From the NCBI GenBank assembly GCA_963705265.1, contig OY970064.1:5193390-5257389 (forward strand): a stretch of 64,000 nucleotides of DNA. Reading direction: 5' to 3'. The DNA comes from an uncultured Acidobacteriaceae bacterium (GTDB taxonomy: Bacteria > Acidobacteriota > Terriglobia > Terriglobales > Acidobacteriaceae). The translations under genes and the position numbers were made by a program. The notes beneath the pieces were generated by a model. The model ran no database searches, had not been told where the DNA came from, and saw nothing but the letters and a program-made list of their open reading frames with translations. This document shows, one piece after another, positions 44,184 to 54,614 of this stretch. Numbering within the stretch: the first letter of the stretch is position 1; every line of letters starts with the position of its first letter.

Positions 44184-45953
44184 ATGCACAACAGTCGTAT
44201 TGAAAGCTTTTTAGCGCGCTGTTTTATGTATTTTTTCAGGCAACACGGGCCGATATTAGCTTTTCTGCTTCTAATGTCTCTATTCGCCGCAACGCAACAG
44301 AACAAGAAATTGATGACAGGTTCGGCGGCGAAAGGTGGCGCGCCGGCGAATTTGAAGGTCGTGGCTGATCTTCCACAGCGCTTGGCAAAGTTTCGACGCG
44401 TTCAAATGCCGTTCCGGACAACGGGTCTCAGCGCCCGCGAGCAGCAACTCGTTCGCAAGCTAGTCGAGGCCTGTGGCTATCTTGAAAGTATCTACTGGCG
44501 GCAGAGCGACCCCGATGGACTGACTCTGTACCAATCTTTGGCATCGAGTCAGAATCTCCGCGATGTGCAGCTGCGACGCTATCTATGGATTAATGCGTCA
44601 CGCTTCGATCTGCTGGATCAGGAAAAACCATTTGTAGGAACGGAAACCATGCCGCCGGGCCGCGGCTTCTATCCAGCGAAACTGACGCGCGATCAGGTGG
44701 AACAATACGTACAACAGCATCTGGATCAGAAGGCATCGATCTATGATCAGTTCACGATCGTGCGCTGGCATCAGGCAAAGCTGGACGCCGTTCCCTACCA
44801 CATCGCATTTCGGGCTTTTCTCGAGCCGGCGGCGAAAGCTCTCCGAGCCGCGGCCGCGCTCAGCGACGATCCTGCATTCGCAAAGTTTCTCCGGCTTCGC
44901 GCCGATGCTTTGCTCAGCGATGACTATTTCGCGAGCGATATTGCCTGGCTGGAGTTAAAGAATCCCAAATTCGACATCATTTTTGCGCCGTACGAAACCT
45001 ACCTGGACGGACTGCTGGGTGTTAAAGGTTCATATGGCGCAGCCGTGCTGGTGCGCAACGAGCGTGAGAGCAAGAAGCTCGAATTGTTTCAAGAATATGT
45101 CCCGCAGATTCAAGACGCGCTGCCGCTCGCAGCAGAAGATCGACCGTCGAAACATGGACTGGAAACACCAATGGAAGTGATGGACGCTCCATTTCGAGTG
45201 GGAGATCTAACACACGGATATCAGGCGGTAGCTGATAATCTGCCGAACGATCCGCGGGTTCATGAGCAAAAGGGCAGCAAGAAACTTTTCTTCAAGAATT
45301 TCATGGACGCCCGAGTGAATTATATTATTTTGCCCGTCGCCCGTAAGTTGATGGAGCCCGATCAGGCCGCCAAAGTTTCCGGCGAAGGTTATCTTCAGAC
45401 CACGATCATGCACGAAATCTGTCACGGGTTAGGACCGGCATATTCGCGAACTTCGACAGGTCAATCGGCGGTCAAAGTCGATATTCGAGAGGCAATCGGT
45501 CCAGCATTCGGCGGGTTGGAAGAGGCGAAAGCTGACGTCACCGGGATGTTCGCTTTGAAATGGCTGGTGGATCACAACGTGCTTCCGAAAGAAAAGCTGG
45601 AAGAATATTACGCATCGTACATCGGTGGAGTGTTTCGTACGGTTCGCTTCGGCACGGCTGAAGCGCACGGTCAAGCAGAGATGATGGAGTTCAACTATCT
45701 CTCCGAGCGCGGTGCGATTAGTCGCAATGCCAACGGCAAATACGCTATTGACTACGAGAAGATGCCAGGCGCACTGGCTGATCTGGCCAAGGAATTACTA
45801 GAGATTGAAGCCACGGGAGACCGCTCGCGCGCGGAAAACTGGTTCAAGAAGTACGGCACGATGCCGGAGGAATTAAAGGCGTCACTGAAAGCAGCTTCGG
45901 ATGTTCCAGTGGATATTGATCCGGTGTTTTCGTTTGCAGAGAAGGTGCGGTGA
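44184..45953 (+). CDS. Secreted zinc peptidase, dipeptidyl-peptidase III (M49)-like
   Basis: Signal-like N-terminus. IMHEICHGLGP (HExxH) and a downstream GGLEEAKADVTG (EExxAD) resemble the two M49 zinc motifs. Confidence 0.55.
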   Translation: MHNSRIESFLARCFMYFFRQHGPILAFLLLMSLFAATQQNKKLMTGSAAKGGAPANLKVVADLPQRLAKFRRVQMPFRTTGLSAREQQLVRKLVEACGYLESIYWRQSDPDGLTLYQSLASSQNLRDVQLRRYLWINASRFDLLDQEKPFVGTETMPPGRGFYPAKLTRDQVEQYVQQHLDQKASIYDQFTIVRWHQAKLDAVPYHIAFRAFLEPAAKALRAAAALSDDPAFAKFLRLRADALLSDDYFASDIAWLELKNPKFDIIFAPYETYLDGLLGVKGSYGAAVLVRNERESKKLELFQEYVPQIQDALPLAAEDRPSKHGLETPMEVMDAPFRVGDLTHGYQAVADNLPNDPRVHEQKGSKKLFFKNFMDARVNYIILPVARKLMEPDQAAKVSGEGYLQTTIMHEICHGLGPAYSRTSTGQSAVKVDIREAIGPAFGGLEEAKADVTGMFALKWLVDHNVLPKEKLEEYYASYIGGVFRTVRFGTAEAHGQAEMMEFNYLSERGAISRNANGKYAIDYEKMPGALADLAKELLEIEATGDRSRAENWFKKYGTMPEELKASLKAASDVPVDIDPVFSFAEKVR

Positions 45954-45959
45954 ATAGCC

Positions 45960-46808
45960 TTACACCCATTCCACACGTGGAATCTGCGGAATGATGCCCG
46001 CCTTGTGTCCCATATCGAGCAATCGGCGAACGGCTTCGCGTCCGTCGTCTCCGTAGTCGAGGGTTCGTTCGTTGACGTACATGCCAACGAATTTGTCGGC
46101 TAGCTGGGCATCAAGGTCACGGGCAAACTGCATCGCGTAAGCGAGTGCTTCATCGCGATGATCGATGGCGTATTGGATGCTCTCGCGCAACGCCTGCGTA
46201 ACGCTGATCATTGTTTCGTGTCCAAGCGAGCGGCGGATGGCGTTTCCGCCGAGCGGCAGCGGCAATCCCGTGACTTTCTGCCACCACCTGCCGAGATCGA
46301 CCACACGATGCAGCCCGGACTTGTCGTAAGTGAGTTGGCCTTCATGGATAATGAGACCGGCTTCGTGTTTGCCTTCGAGGATCTGCGGAATGATTTGATC
46401 GAAGGGGACGACTTCCACTTCGATACCAGGTGCAAATAGTTCGAGCGCCAGGTAGGCAGTCGTGAGTTTGCCTGGTACCGCGATTTTCTTGCCTTTGATA
46501 TCGTCCTGAGTAAAAGGACGCGTCGAAACCAGCATGGGACCGTAACCGTCGCCCACGCTGCCGCCGCACGACATTAGTGCGTAGTTTTCCTGAATATAAG
46601 GAAAGGCATGGAAAGAAATCGCGGTCACGTCGTAAACGCCTTCTTGTGCCTGACGATTCAGTGTCTCGATATCGCAAAGGGTGTGGCTGAACTTGAGTCC
46701 GGGCACACGAACTTTGTTTGTGGCCAGACCGTAAAACATGAATGCGTCATCGGAGTCCGGGCTGTGAGCCACGGTGATTTCGCGAACTGGAGAAGATACT
46801 GTACTCAT
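45960..46808 (-). CDS. mqnD: MqnA/MqnD-family protein, probable 1,4-dihydroxy-6-naphthoate synthase (futalosine pathway)
   Basis: ITVAHSPDSDDAFMFYGL..FSHTLCDIETLNRQA..YDVTAISFHAFP..GDGYGPMLVS. Confidence 0.65.
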   Translation of the reverse strand: MSTVSSPVREITVAHSPDSDDAFMFYGLATNKVRVPGLKFSHTLCDIETLNRQAQEGVYDVTAISFHAFPYIQENYALMSCGGSVGDGYGPMLVSTRPFTQDDIKGKKIAVPGKLTTAYLALELFAPGIEVEVVPFDQIIPQILEGKHEAGLIIHEGQLTYDKSGLHRVVDLGRWWQKVTGLPLPLGGNAIRRSLGHETMISVTQALRESIQYAIDHRDEALAYAMQFARDLDAQLADKFVGMYVNERTLDYGDDGREAVRRLLDMGHKAGIIPQIPRVEWV

Positions 46809-46907
46809 AAGATTCCGTAATCCTGTTCTAAGACATCCGTACTATCAACATTTGCACTCAAATCGAAGTACATACAACATCGCTAAGGCGATGCCCTGAT
46901 ACGACTC

Positions 46908-47561
46908 CTAGTTTCCAACTTCACGTCGCAGACACGACAGCGAGTTCCAACGTGCCGCGACTGCGGCGGCCATCAGCACTTTTATGACTTCTGCGAAAAC
47001 GAACCAATAGAGACCGTACCTAATCGCCAAGGATGCCGAGTGAGTGAGCACTGCCAGCCAACTGAGTCCACCGGCGAAGAGGACAATTTCCGCAGCCAAG
47101 GCGGACAGCGCCGCCCAGCCGAAACCCCGCGAACTTCCTTTCGGACTTTTTTCCGAAGTTTGCACCGGTTCGCGCTCATTTATCCAGCCCGCGACGAAGG
47201 CGACGAGCGGATAGGCCATGAGAAATCCGCCGGTCGGGCCGAGTAGGTGAGCGATTCCGCTACTGAGAATTGCTGGACTAAACACGGGCAGCCCGAACGC
47301 GCCTTCGACGAGGTAGAGGGTCAGCGCGGCAAATCCGCGACGCGAACCGAGGAGCAAGCCAACGGTGAGAACTCCGAAATTTTGCAGTGTGAGCGGGACT
47401 GGCGTGAAGGGCAGCGGCACGGCCACTTGTGCGCACACCGCGACGAAGAGGCTGGCTGCGATCACAATGACCACCTGCTTCGCCCAATCTTTTCTCCAAT
47501 CCGTTTCGCGACTTATGGCCTGGGTTGGCTGACCCAAGACTCGAGTATCTGCTCTCGACAT
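46908..47561 (-). CDS. bioY: Biotin transporter BioY
   Basis: AQVAVPLPFTPVPLTLQNFGVLTVGLLLGSRRG..LVEGAFGLPVFS..LLGPTGGFLMAYPLVAFVAG. Confidence 0.85.
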   Translation of the reverse strand: MSRADTRVLGQPTQAISRETDWRKDWAKQVVIVIAASLFVAVCAQVAVPLPFTPVPLTLQNFGVLTVGLLLGSRRGFAALTLYLVEGAFGLPVFSPAILSSGIAHLLGPTGGFLMAYPLVAFVAGWINEREPVQTSEKSPKGSSRGFGWAALSALAAEIVLFAGGLSWLAVLTHSASLAIRYGLYWFVFAEVIKVLMAAAVAARWNSLSCLRREVGN

Positions 47562-47630
47562 GGCGTTCCTTTCATTTTCATTGCCGACCTTCTTACCGAG
47601 CAGATCCGCAGCCCAATTCTTGGTGGCCGA

Positions 47631-47783
47631 TCAGCCCTCGGGTGACGAGTGGTCGAGGGAGTCAAGTTCCGCTCTGTGGGCGGCGGAACGCTTCATTTGC
47701 CGGCGTACCCGCACATAAATCGTGAGCGCAACCGACACGACGACCGCAACACTGACTCCCAGAATTAGAAACCACCAGAGCAT
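47631..47783 (-). CDS. Possible 50-aa single-TM protein (below the ORF-track cut-off)
   Basis: Hand translation: MLWWFLILGVSVAVVVSVALTIYVRVRRQMKRSAAHRAELDSLDHSSPEG*. No clear SD. Confidence 0.3.
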   Translation of the reverse strand: MLWWFLILGVSVAVVVSVALTIYVRVRRQMKRSAAHRAELDSLDHSSPEG

Positions 47784-47861
47784 CCGCACAACAGATCAAG
47801 GATAGCAGATGGGGGACGACAAACAATGTGCACAAGGATGAAGAAGAGGACTCGACCGCGG

Positions 47862-48326
47862 TCAGCCTTTCTTCGCTGACTTAGCCAAAGTCTTGCGCCG
47901 ATTCTCAACATTCTTCAAGACGCGCTCCAGTCGCTTACGGGCAATCTTCGAGCCAGTGGCTACCTTCTCGATGTTGGCGAAGGCATCGGGGTTGTTGGTT
48001 TTCTCGCGGAATTCTTTAAGGAAAGGATAGACCTTGGCGAAAATGAAAAACATTTCACCGCAGCATCCTGGCTGCAGAAAAAGTTCTTCATTGAGTGCGC
48101 CATGCAACACGAGCGAGGCAGCCATATCCCAATAGCCGCCTACCTGGCGAATCCAGGCGTTTTCCTGGCTGGGAAATGCACTCGCAACCTTTATTAAGTC
48201 GTCAGCGCTTTGCGGCCAGAATTCTACCGTAAACCAATTTCTTGCTTTGCGCATCTCCGCTTCGCGGCGGAGATCGTAGAGTTTCAGAATCAACTGCGCA
48301 TCATGTGCGGTCGCCTTTTTTGCCAT
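47862..48326 (-). CDS. Hypothetical protein
   Basis: ORF from ATG 48326 (MAKKATAHDAQLILKLYDLRREAEMRKARNWF...). No motif recognised. The track ORF is extended to 48458, into the topA 3' end. Confidence 0.55.
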   Translation of the reverse strand: MAKKATAHDAQLILKLYDLRREAEMRKARNWFTVEFWPQSADDLIKVASAFPSQENAWIRQVGGYWDMAASLVLHGALNEELFLQPGCCGEMFFIFAKVYPFLKEFREKTNNPDAFANIEKVATGSKIARKRLERVLKNVENRRKTLAKSAKKG

Positions 48327-48384
48327 ATTGTTCGCCTCGCTAGATAGATAGTGTTCACGAAATTCAGCAGAAGTCTGATCTTTG

Positions 48385-50880
48385 TCAGGCTTTCGAAACG
48401 TCTGCGGCTGCTCCTTCGGCGGCACGCTCGTAATCGCACTCCTTATTTGGACATGCAATCACGGTTCCGTCTTTGCGGATCCGTTCCACCAGATATTCAT
48501 GTCCGCAATCCGGACACTTTTGAGGGACAGGTTTCGCCGCCGAGGTGAACTTGCACTTCGGATAATTTCCGCAGCCGTAAAAAGTGTTGCCCTTGCGCGC
48601 GCGCTTTTCGACAAGTTCTCCCTCTTTGCACTCAGGACACCCCACCCCGATGAAGTTCTGCTTCACATATTTGCACTCGGGATATCCGCTACAGGAAGTA
48701 AACTCGCCGAAACGTCCGTGTCGCAAGATCAAGTTGCGCTTGCAGAGCGGGCAGGTTTCATCAAGAGGGATGTCGGGCACTTTCTTGCCTTGATCCAGCC
48801 GTCGAGTCGTTTTGCAATCGGGGTAGCCGGTGCAGGCCATGAACTGCCCGAAGCGTCCGCGTTTCAACACCATCACGCGTCCGCAGTTTTCGCAGTATTC
48901 CTCTTGTGCCGTCTCCTGCACGTCGGCTGTGTCGAGGTCGGGCAGGTTGATGGGATTCTCTTTGGTAAATTTGCAGGTATCTGGATTTTCCTTGTCGTAT
49001 GTACTACAGGCGTAGAACGAACCGTGCTTGCCCCACTTGATGACCAGAGGCGCACCGCAGAGTTCACACTTTTCGTCGGTCGGCTTCTCCATACGCTTGA
49101 TGTTTTCCATGTGCTTCTCGGCATAGCGGAGATCCTTCGCGAACTTTTTGTAAAACTCGACAAGCGCGTCATTGCCGGTCTGCTTGCCTTCTTCAATCTC
49201 GTCGAGTTCTTCTTCGAGACGGGCAGTGTATTGGAAGTCGAAAATATCTTTGAAGTTCTCTACCAGCAGGTCGGTAACAACGAGCCCAATCTCAGTGGGC
49301 ACGAACTTGCCGCCGATCTTCTGCGCGTACATCCGCTCCTGGATGGTGCTAAGAATCGTCGCGTAGGTGGACGGCCTGCCAATACCGCGTTCTTCAAGCT
49401 CCTTCACCAGCGACGCTTCGTTGAAACGTGGAGGCGGCTCGGTGAAATGCTGCTCTGGAAGCAGCGACTTCAGCGTCAGCTTTTGTCCGGCTTCGAGCGG
49501 CGGGAGTTTGTGTTTCAGTTCTTCGTCTTCTTCGTCCTTGTTGTCCTTGGACTCTTCGTAGACCTTGAGGAAGCCGTCGAACTTCATCACCGATCCGGTC
49601 ACGCGGAACCAGAACACGTCGCTACCAGACTTGGCATCGATGTCGACCGAAGTTTGATCGAATACGGCCGGGTTCATCTGCGAGGCTACGAAGCGCTGCC
49701 AGATCAGCTTATAAACCTTGAATTCGTCTTCCTGCAGATATTGTTTGACCTGATCGGGATGACGCATCGCCGAAGTCGGGCGAATGGCTTCGTGTGCTGC
49801 CTGCGCTTCTTTCTTCTCCTTATATGTATTGGGAGAACCGGGCAAATACGGAGCGCCATACTCATTGGTAATGTACTCGCGGACCTCGGTGATCGCCTCG
49901 GCTGAGACACGGGTTGAATCGGTTCGCATGTAGGTGATCAGGCCAACCAGCCCCTCGTCGCCGAGCTCGACACCTTCATATAGACGCTGCGCGATCATCA
50001 TGGTGCGCTTCACGCTAAAGCGCAGTTTGCGCGAAGAATCCTGCTGTAGTTTGCTGGTCGTGAACGGCGGCGTGGCATTGCGGCGACGCTCTTTCTTCTC
50101 CGCTGAGCGAACGATCCAATCGGCCTTCTCCAATGCCTGACGAATTTGTTCTGCTTGTTCGCCATTTGTGACCTCGATCTTCTCTTCACCCTTGCCGAGG
50201 AAGCGGGCGTCGAAGGCCGGAGGCTTATTGGCGGCGAGATTGGCATCAATCGTCCAATATTCTTTTTTTTCGAAGGCCTTAATTTCGCGTTCGCGATCGA
50301 CGATCAAGCGGAGCGCGACGGTCTGCACTCGTCCAGCGGACAGGCCGCGGCGGACTTTGTCCCACAATAAGGGAGATACCTGGTATCCCACGAGGCGGTC
50401 GAGCACGCGGCGAGTCTGCTGCGCGTCCACCAGATTGCGATCGATATCCCGGGGATGCTCGAAGGCAGCTTTGACGGCGCGTTGCGTAATTTCGTTAAAA
50501 GTCACCCGTCGAATGCGCGCGCCATCTCCGATGTCGTCGGTCTTTGGTTTCTTCTTACCTTTCTTTTTCTTGGTCGAGTCTTCGCCGAGTTCGTCGGCTA
50601 GATGGGCAGCGATGGCCTCGCCTTCGCGGTCGGGATCAGGTGCAAGGTAGATGTGATCGGCTGAGAGTGCCAGCTTTTTCAGCTTAGCCAGGACTTTCTC
50701 TTTGCCGGGAATGACAACGTACTCGGTTTCGAAATCGTTTTCGAGATCGACACCGAGGCTGCTCTTGGGCAGGTCTTTCACGTGGCCGTAAGAAGCATCG
50801 ACCGTGAATCCCTTTCCCAAATATTTCTGGATAGTTTTCGCCTTAGCTGGCGATTCGACAATGACTAGACCTTTAGACAA
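48385..50880 (-). CDS. topA: DNA topoisomerase I with C-terminal zinc-ribbon repeats
   Basis: GLVIVESPAKAKTIQKYLG (Toprim), ..ITYMRTDS.. (active-site Tyr region), and four CxxC..CxxC fingers at the C-terminus. Confidence 0.93.
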   Translation of the reverse strand: MSKGLVIVESPAKAKTIQKYLGKGFTVDASYGHVKDLPKSSLGVDLENDFETEYVVIPGKEKVLAKLKKLALSADHIYLAPDPDREGEAIAAHLADELGEDSTKKKKGKKKPKTDDIGDGARIRRVTFNEITQRAVKAAFEHPRDIDRNLVDAQQTRRVLDRLVGYQVSPLLWDKVRRGLSAGRVQTVALRLIVDREREIKAFEKKEYWTIDANLAANKPPAFDARFLGKGEEKIEVTNGEQAEQIRQALEKADWIVRSAEKKERRRNATPPFTTSKLQQDSSRKLRFSVKRTMMIAQRLYEGVELGDEGLVGLITYMRTDSTRVSAEAITEVREYITNEYGAPYLPGSPNTYKEKKEAQAAHEAIRPTSAMRHPDQVKQYLQEDEFKVYKLIWQRFVASQMNPAVFDQTSVDIDAKSGSDVFWFRVTGSVMKFDGFLKVYEESKDNKDEEDEELKHKLPPLEAGQKLTLKSLLPEQHFTEPPPRFNEASLVKELEERGIGRPSTYATILSTIQERMYAQKIGGKFVPTEIGLVVTDLLVENFKDIFDFQYTARLEEELDEIEEGKQTGNDALVEFYKKFAKDLRYAEKHMENIKRMEKPTDEKCELCGAPLVIKWGKHGSFYACSTYDKENPDTCKFTKENPINLPDLDTADVQETAQEEYCENCGRVMVLKRGRFGQFMACTGYPDCKTTRRLDQGKKVPDIPLDETCPLCKRNLILRHGRFGEFTSCSGYPECKYVKQNFIGVGCPECKEGELVEKRARKGNTFYGCGNYPKCKFTSAAKPVPQKCPDCGHEYLVERIRKDGTVIACPNKECDYERAAEGAAADVSKA

Positions 50881-51035
50881 TGGTTCCTCAGTATGGCTGT
50901 AATGGAATTGAAGCTAGCACGAATTGGCAGAATGCAACAAGCAGCACTCTGCTACCAGTCGTCGGCTGCCAGTTAAATTTCTTCACTTTTTGCGTCAAAG
51001 GACGAGAGCTGATTACTGAGAACTAACGGCCGCCC

Positions 51036-52202
51036 TCAAAAGCTCTTCACAAAATTCTTCCCCGGCAACTGCCGTATCTTGCCGTTGAGTTCGAGTTCGA
51101 ACAGCGCGGCAAAAATTTCAGAAGGCGACATTTCGTTCTCCAATAGCTCAACTAGCTGATCGATGTGCGTCGAGTCATCGGCCTTGAGCAACTTGAAAAT
51201 CTTTTTTTCGTGGGGCGAGGTCGCCTCGTCCGGGAATAGAGATGCAGTTTCTGGTTCGGGAGATTCATTCTGCCTGGAACTGAGCGCAGCTTGAATCCCG
51301 GTCGGAAGCTCTTCCCATACATCTTCCCATGTAGCGACGAGCTTTGCTCCCTGCTTGATCAGCGTGTTCGGGCCCCAGGAATTTTTATTGGTGACGTTGC
51401 CCGGGACCGCGTAAACATCGCGGTTTTGTTCGAGCGCAAGGCGTGAAGTGATGCGCGTGCCACTGTATTCGGCGGCTTCGACCACCAGCACACCGGCAGA
51501 TATACCGCTTATGATCCGGTTACGGATAGGAAAATTCTGTGGAGTTGGTGGGGTTCCGACTGGAAACTCTGTAATGAGCGCGCCGCCGAGGGCAATGATT
51601 TGTTCAGTGAGCCGCGTGTTTTCCTTGGGGTACATGACGTCGATTCCGGTACCCAGGACGGCGACGGTTCTTCCTTTGGCAGCGATAGCACCGCGGTGCG
51701 ATGCGGTATCGATGCCGCGCGCTAATCCACTGATGATCACCAAGCCCCGAGCGGCGAGGTCGGTGGAGAGACGTTCGGCCATACCCGTGCCATAGGGCGT
51801 GGGATGACGCGTTCCCACCATAGCAATGCCGGGCTCGGCCAACACCTCGACGTTCCCTTTTATGAAAAGAATCACCGGGGGATCGTAAATTTCCTTCAGC
51901 CGTGGTGGGTAATCGGGATCGCTAACGGCAACAACTTTGGCGCCCGCCTCGACCACTTTCGCGCATTCCTGTTGTGCGAGTTCGAGTGACTTTCCCGTAG
52001 CTAGTGATTGCGCGGAAACAGCGCGCATCCCGGTGGCTTCGAGTTCGGTCAGGCTAGCATGGAAGACGCGCTCGGCCGTGCCAAAGTGCTCGATCAGTTT
52101 CTTGATGCGTGACGGGCCTAATCCCTGGGTCAGGGACAGCGCGAGCCAGTAGACACCTTGCTGAGAAGCGGGTTTCGGGGCTGCAACCGCGAGGTTCGAC
52201 AT
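51036..52202 (-). CDS. dprA: DNA processing protein DprA
   Basis: ..VAVSDPDYPPRLKEIYDPPVILFIKG..MVGTRHPTPYG..ISGLARGIDTASHRGAI..VAVLGTGIDVMYP..VVEAAEYSGTRITSRLALEQNRDVYAVPG. It lies upstream of topA, a common pairing. Confidence 0.88.
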   Translation of the reverse strand: MSNLAVAAPKPASQQGVYWLALSLTQGLGPSRIKKLIEHFGTAERVFHASLTELEATGMRAVSAQSLATGKSLELAQQECAKVVEAGAKVVAVSDPDYPPRLKEIYDPPVILFIKGNVEVLAEPGIAMVGTRHPTPYGTGMAERLSTDLAARGLVIISGLARGIDTASHRGAIAAKGRTVAVLGTGIDVMYPKENTRLTEQIIALGGALITEFPVGTPPTPQNFPIRNRIISGISAGVLVVEAAEYSGTRITSRLALEQNRDVYAVPGNVTNKNSWGPNTLIKQGAKLVATWEDVWEELPTGIQAALSSRQNESPEPETASLFPDEATSPHEKKIFKLLKADDSTHIDQLVELLENEMSPSEIFAALFELELNGKIRQLPGKNFVKSF

Positions 52203-52278
52203 GTGGAATGACGCTAAGCCCTCGAGGCACCCCTGTCTATGACGGCGCGCACATTGCTTTTGGTATATTCGTAAAGTG

Positions 52279-53157
52279 ATGAGCCGGTTAAAGATTTCGG
52301 CCATTTCCTACCTGAATACTGCGCCTCTTATGTGGGATTTTGAGGATGCCGAGGCAGGCGCGGGCAATAATTTCGACATTTCTTACACTATCCCCTCCTC
52401 CTGCGCCGAGGCTTTGCGCGCGGGGACGGCCGATATTGGCATCATTCCAGCCGCCGCTTATACTACGGTTCCGGATCTCGTCATTATTCCTGACGTGGCA
52501 ATTGCGGCACGACGCGCGGTGCGGTCGATCCTCTTAGTTAGCAAGCAGCCTGTCGTTCCCGTGTCTGGTCCCGTATTAGATCCCGCGTCAGATCCTAGCT
52601 TAAAAGATAAATGGTTGACGCAAGTGCGCACCGTGGCGCTCGATACTTCTTCGATGACGTCGGTCGCATTAACGAAGATTCTGTTTGCTAAATGGCTGGG
52701 CGGAGCACGCGACTATGAACCGATGGCTCCGAATCTTGATGCCATGCTCACAGCCTGCGATGCTGCGTTGCTCATTGGAGACCCGGCTCTGCAAGTCGAC
52801 CGTGCTCGCTACTTCACTCTCGATCTGGCGGAGGAATGGGTGGCACGCACGGGCAAGTCATTCGTCTTTGCTTTTTGGGCCATTCGCAAGCAGGCGCTTG
52901 CTGGACGAAATGGTGCCGCGATCGCAGAGGAGTTTAAGAAGTCACGCGATCATGGTCTCGCACCGAAACATCTCGAAGCCATCGCGCAGGAGTGGGCACC
53001 GCGCCTTGGCCTTACACTCGAAGTAGTTCGCCGCTATCTGACACAGAATATTCATTATTATCTCGATCCTCCTTGTCTGGAGGGGCTTAAGCTGTATTAC
53101 CAGCTGGGTGCGGAAGTTGGTGCGCTTCCATTAGCACAAGAACTTCAGTTTATTTAA
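52279..53157 (+). CDS. mqnA: Chorismate dehydratase MqnA (futalosine pathway)
   Basis: LKISAISYLNTAPLMWDF..ALRAGTADIGIIPAAAY..ALDTSSMTSVALTKILF..LLIGDPAL. Confidence 0.75.
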   Translation: MSRLKISAISYLNTAPLMWDFEDAEAGAGNNFDISYTIPSSCAEALRAGTADIGIIPAAAYTTVPDLVIIPDVAIAARRAVRSILLVSKQPVVPVSGPVLDPASDPSLKDKWLTQVRTVALDTSSMTSVALTKILFAKWLGGARDYEPMAPNLDAMLTACDAALLIGDPALQVDRARYFTLDLAEEWVARTGKSFVFAFWAIRKQALAGRNGAAIAEEFKKSRDHGLAPKHLEAIAQEWAPRLGLTLEVVRRYLTQNIHYYLDPPCLEGLKLYYQLGAEVGALPLAQELQFI

Positions 53158-53207
53158 AAATTCAAGTGCACTGCGATAAGCGACTCCATTAACACGCTCC
53201 GCACTTC

Positions 53208-54518
53208 TTAGCATGCTCCGCACTTCGCGACGATGAGAGTGATGTCGTCGTGCTGCTCGTGAGGGCTAAATCGTTGGACCTCCTCCACGATAGCTGTTAG
53301 CAAGTCCCGTGAAGATAATTGACGATGCCGCCGCAATGCTTCGGTCAACCGCTGCTCTCCAAATTCCTCGCCCGCCGCATTGAAGGACTCGGTGATGCCA
53401 TCCGTATAAAGAGCGATAAGATCCCCTGCCGCCAACTGGCATTCCTCGACCGAGCAATCCCATTCCTTGAAGAGTCCCAGAACCGTGCAGGTAGAATTTA
53501 ATCGTTCCAACCTATTGCTCTCGCGAAGCAAAAGCGGCGAGAGATGTCCACAATTGACGTACCGCAAACGTTGCGTCACGTCGTCATAGTCAGCGAAGAA
53601 GAGCGTGGCATAGGCATCGTCAGCAGTATTGTTGAAAAACAACTCGTTGACGGTACGCAATAGTCGTTGCGGCTCATGCGAAGCGATGGTGCATTGGCTG
53701 CGAAGATTAGCCTGCAGATTCGCCATCAAAAGAGCGCCGGCAATTCCCTTTCCGGCGATGTCGCCTAACACCAACCCGATCCGATTTTCAGACAGATTGA
53801 GGAAGTCGTAGTAGTCGCCGCCGACTTGCCGGGCCTGAATGCAGACGCCAGCATAATCAAGACTTTTAAGAGGCGGAAATATCTGTGGGAAGAGTCGCGC
53901 TTGTACCTGTTTAGCAATCTCCAGTTCGTGAGTGGCGCGGCGTTCAGATTCCAGTTTTTCCGCTGCAACTCGGCGCTCGACTTCTACCGCCTGTGTCATT
54001 TCGTCGAAGCTGACCAGTGCGAAAGAATTCCGATCGATATCTTCGAAGCGGGTGAATACTCCACCCCAGATTGGTGGCTGCTTCCCTAGCAGCAGTGATG
54101 GAACATTTGCAACCCCGTCAACTGCCTGTTGCTGATACTTGACACGTCTCAACCGCGGAACATGCCGAAATCGAACTCCACGTCGTCTCCATTGGCTATA
54201 CATGGCCACAACATCTTCGGCAACAAAGGCAACGCCCGTAGGTTTGCCAATGAGCTTGTACTCATCCGAGTCTGGATCGGGGGCGATTAGAGTAAGAACT
54301 GCCGTACCGTGAGGAGGCGCAACACCAACCCAGCGCTGTCCTGTTTGAAGCCGCACATCAAAAGCCAGGCTGAACCCGAGTTGATCGACATAGAATCGCA
54401 AGCTCTGATCCTGGTCGTGGACGAAAACGTTGACTGCATGAACGCGGAGGTAGGGGTTCTCAGAGTGTAAAGGCGGAACGGGCGGATGAGCCTGACCGGA
54501 CGGAGGAGAGCTGGGCAT
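53208..54518 (-). CDS. Fusion protein: N-terminal VOC/glyoxalase-fold domain plus C-terminal PP2C-type (SpoIIE/RsbU-like) phosphatase
   Basis: VHAVNVFVHDQDQSLRFYVDQLGFSLAFD..VGVAPP..AFVAEDV (VOC pattern). The C-terminal part has AKQVQARLFPQ..VGGDYYDF..LVLGDIAGKGIAGALLMA..LYTDGITE..DDITLIV (SpoIIE pattern). Confidence 0.75.
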   Translation of the reverse strand: MPSSPPSGQAHPPVPPLHSENPYLRVHAVNVFVHDQDQSLRFYVDQLGFSLAFDVRLQTGQRWVGVAPPHGTAVLTLIAPDPDSDEYKLIGKPTGVAFVAEDVVAMYSQWRRRGVRFRHVPRLRRVKYQQQAVDGVANVPSLLLGKQPPIWGGVFTRFEDIDRNSFALVSFDEMTQAVEVERRVAAEKLESERRATHELEIAKQVQARLFPQIFPPLKSLDYAGVCIQARQVGGDYYDFLNLSENRIGLVLGDIAGKGIAGALLMANLQANLRSQCTIASHEPQRLLRTVNELFFNNTADDAYATLFFADYDDVTQRLRYVNCGHLSPLLLRESNRLERLNSTCTVLGLFKEWDCSVEECQLAAGDLIALYTDGITESFNAAGEEFGEQRLTEALRRHRQLSSRDLLTAIVEEVQRFSPHEQHDDITLIVAKCGAC

Positions 54519-54614
54519 GGCGGCTATTATAAAATCACAAATCTTCGGCGGCCTTTAACATTCCAACTTTTAACGTTGCAACGGACGGGGCCAGAACCTG
54601 CTCTAATAGGGACG

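Noticed and set aside
48382-49905. 507-aa plus-strand ORF
   Set aside because: It is entirely antisense to the well-supported topA gene. The composition is low-complexity and Leu/Arg/Phe-rich with no motif. This is a typical shadow ORF in high-GC DNA.
52540-52630. Possible extra segment in MqnA (VVPVSGPVLDPASDPSLKDKWLTQ) that might be another in-frame repeat insertion
   Set aside because: The DNA shows only a weak GATCC recurrence, with no clear palindrome or 7-bp periodicity. Without an alignment I cannot show it is an insertion.
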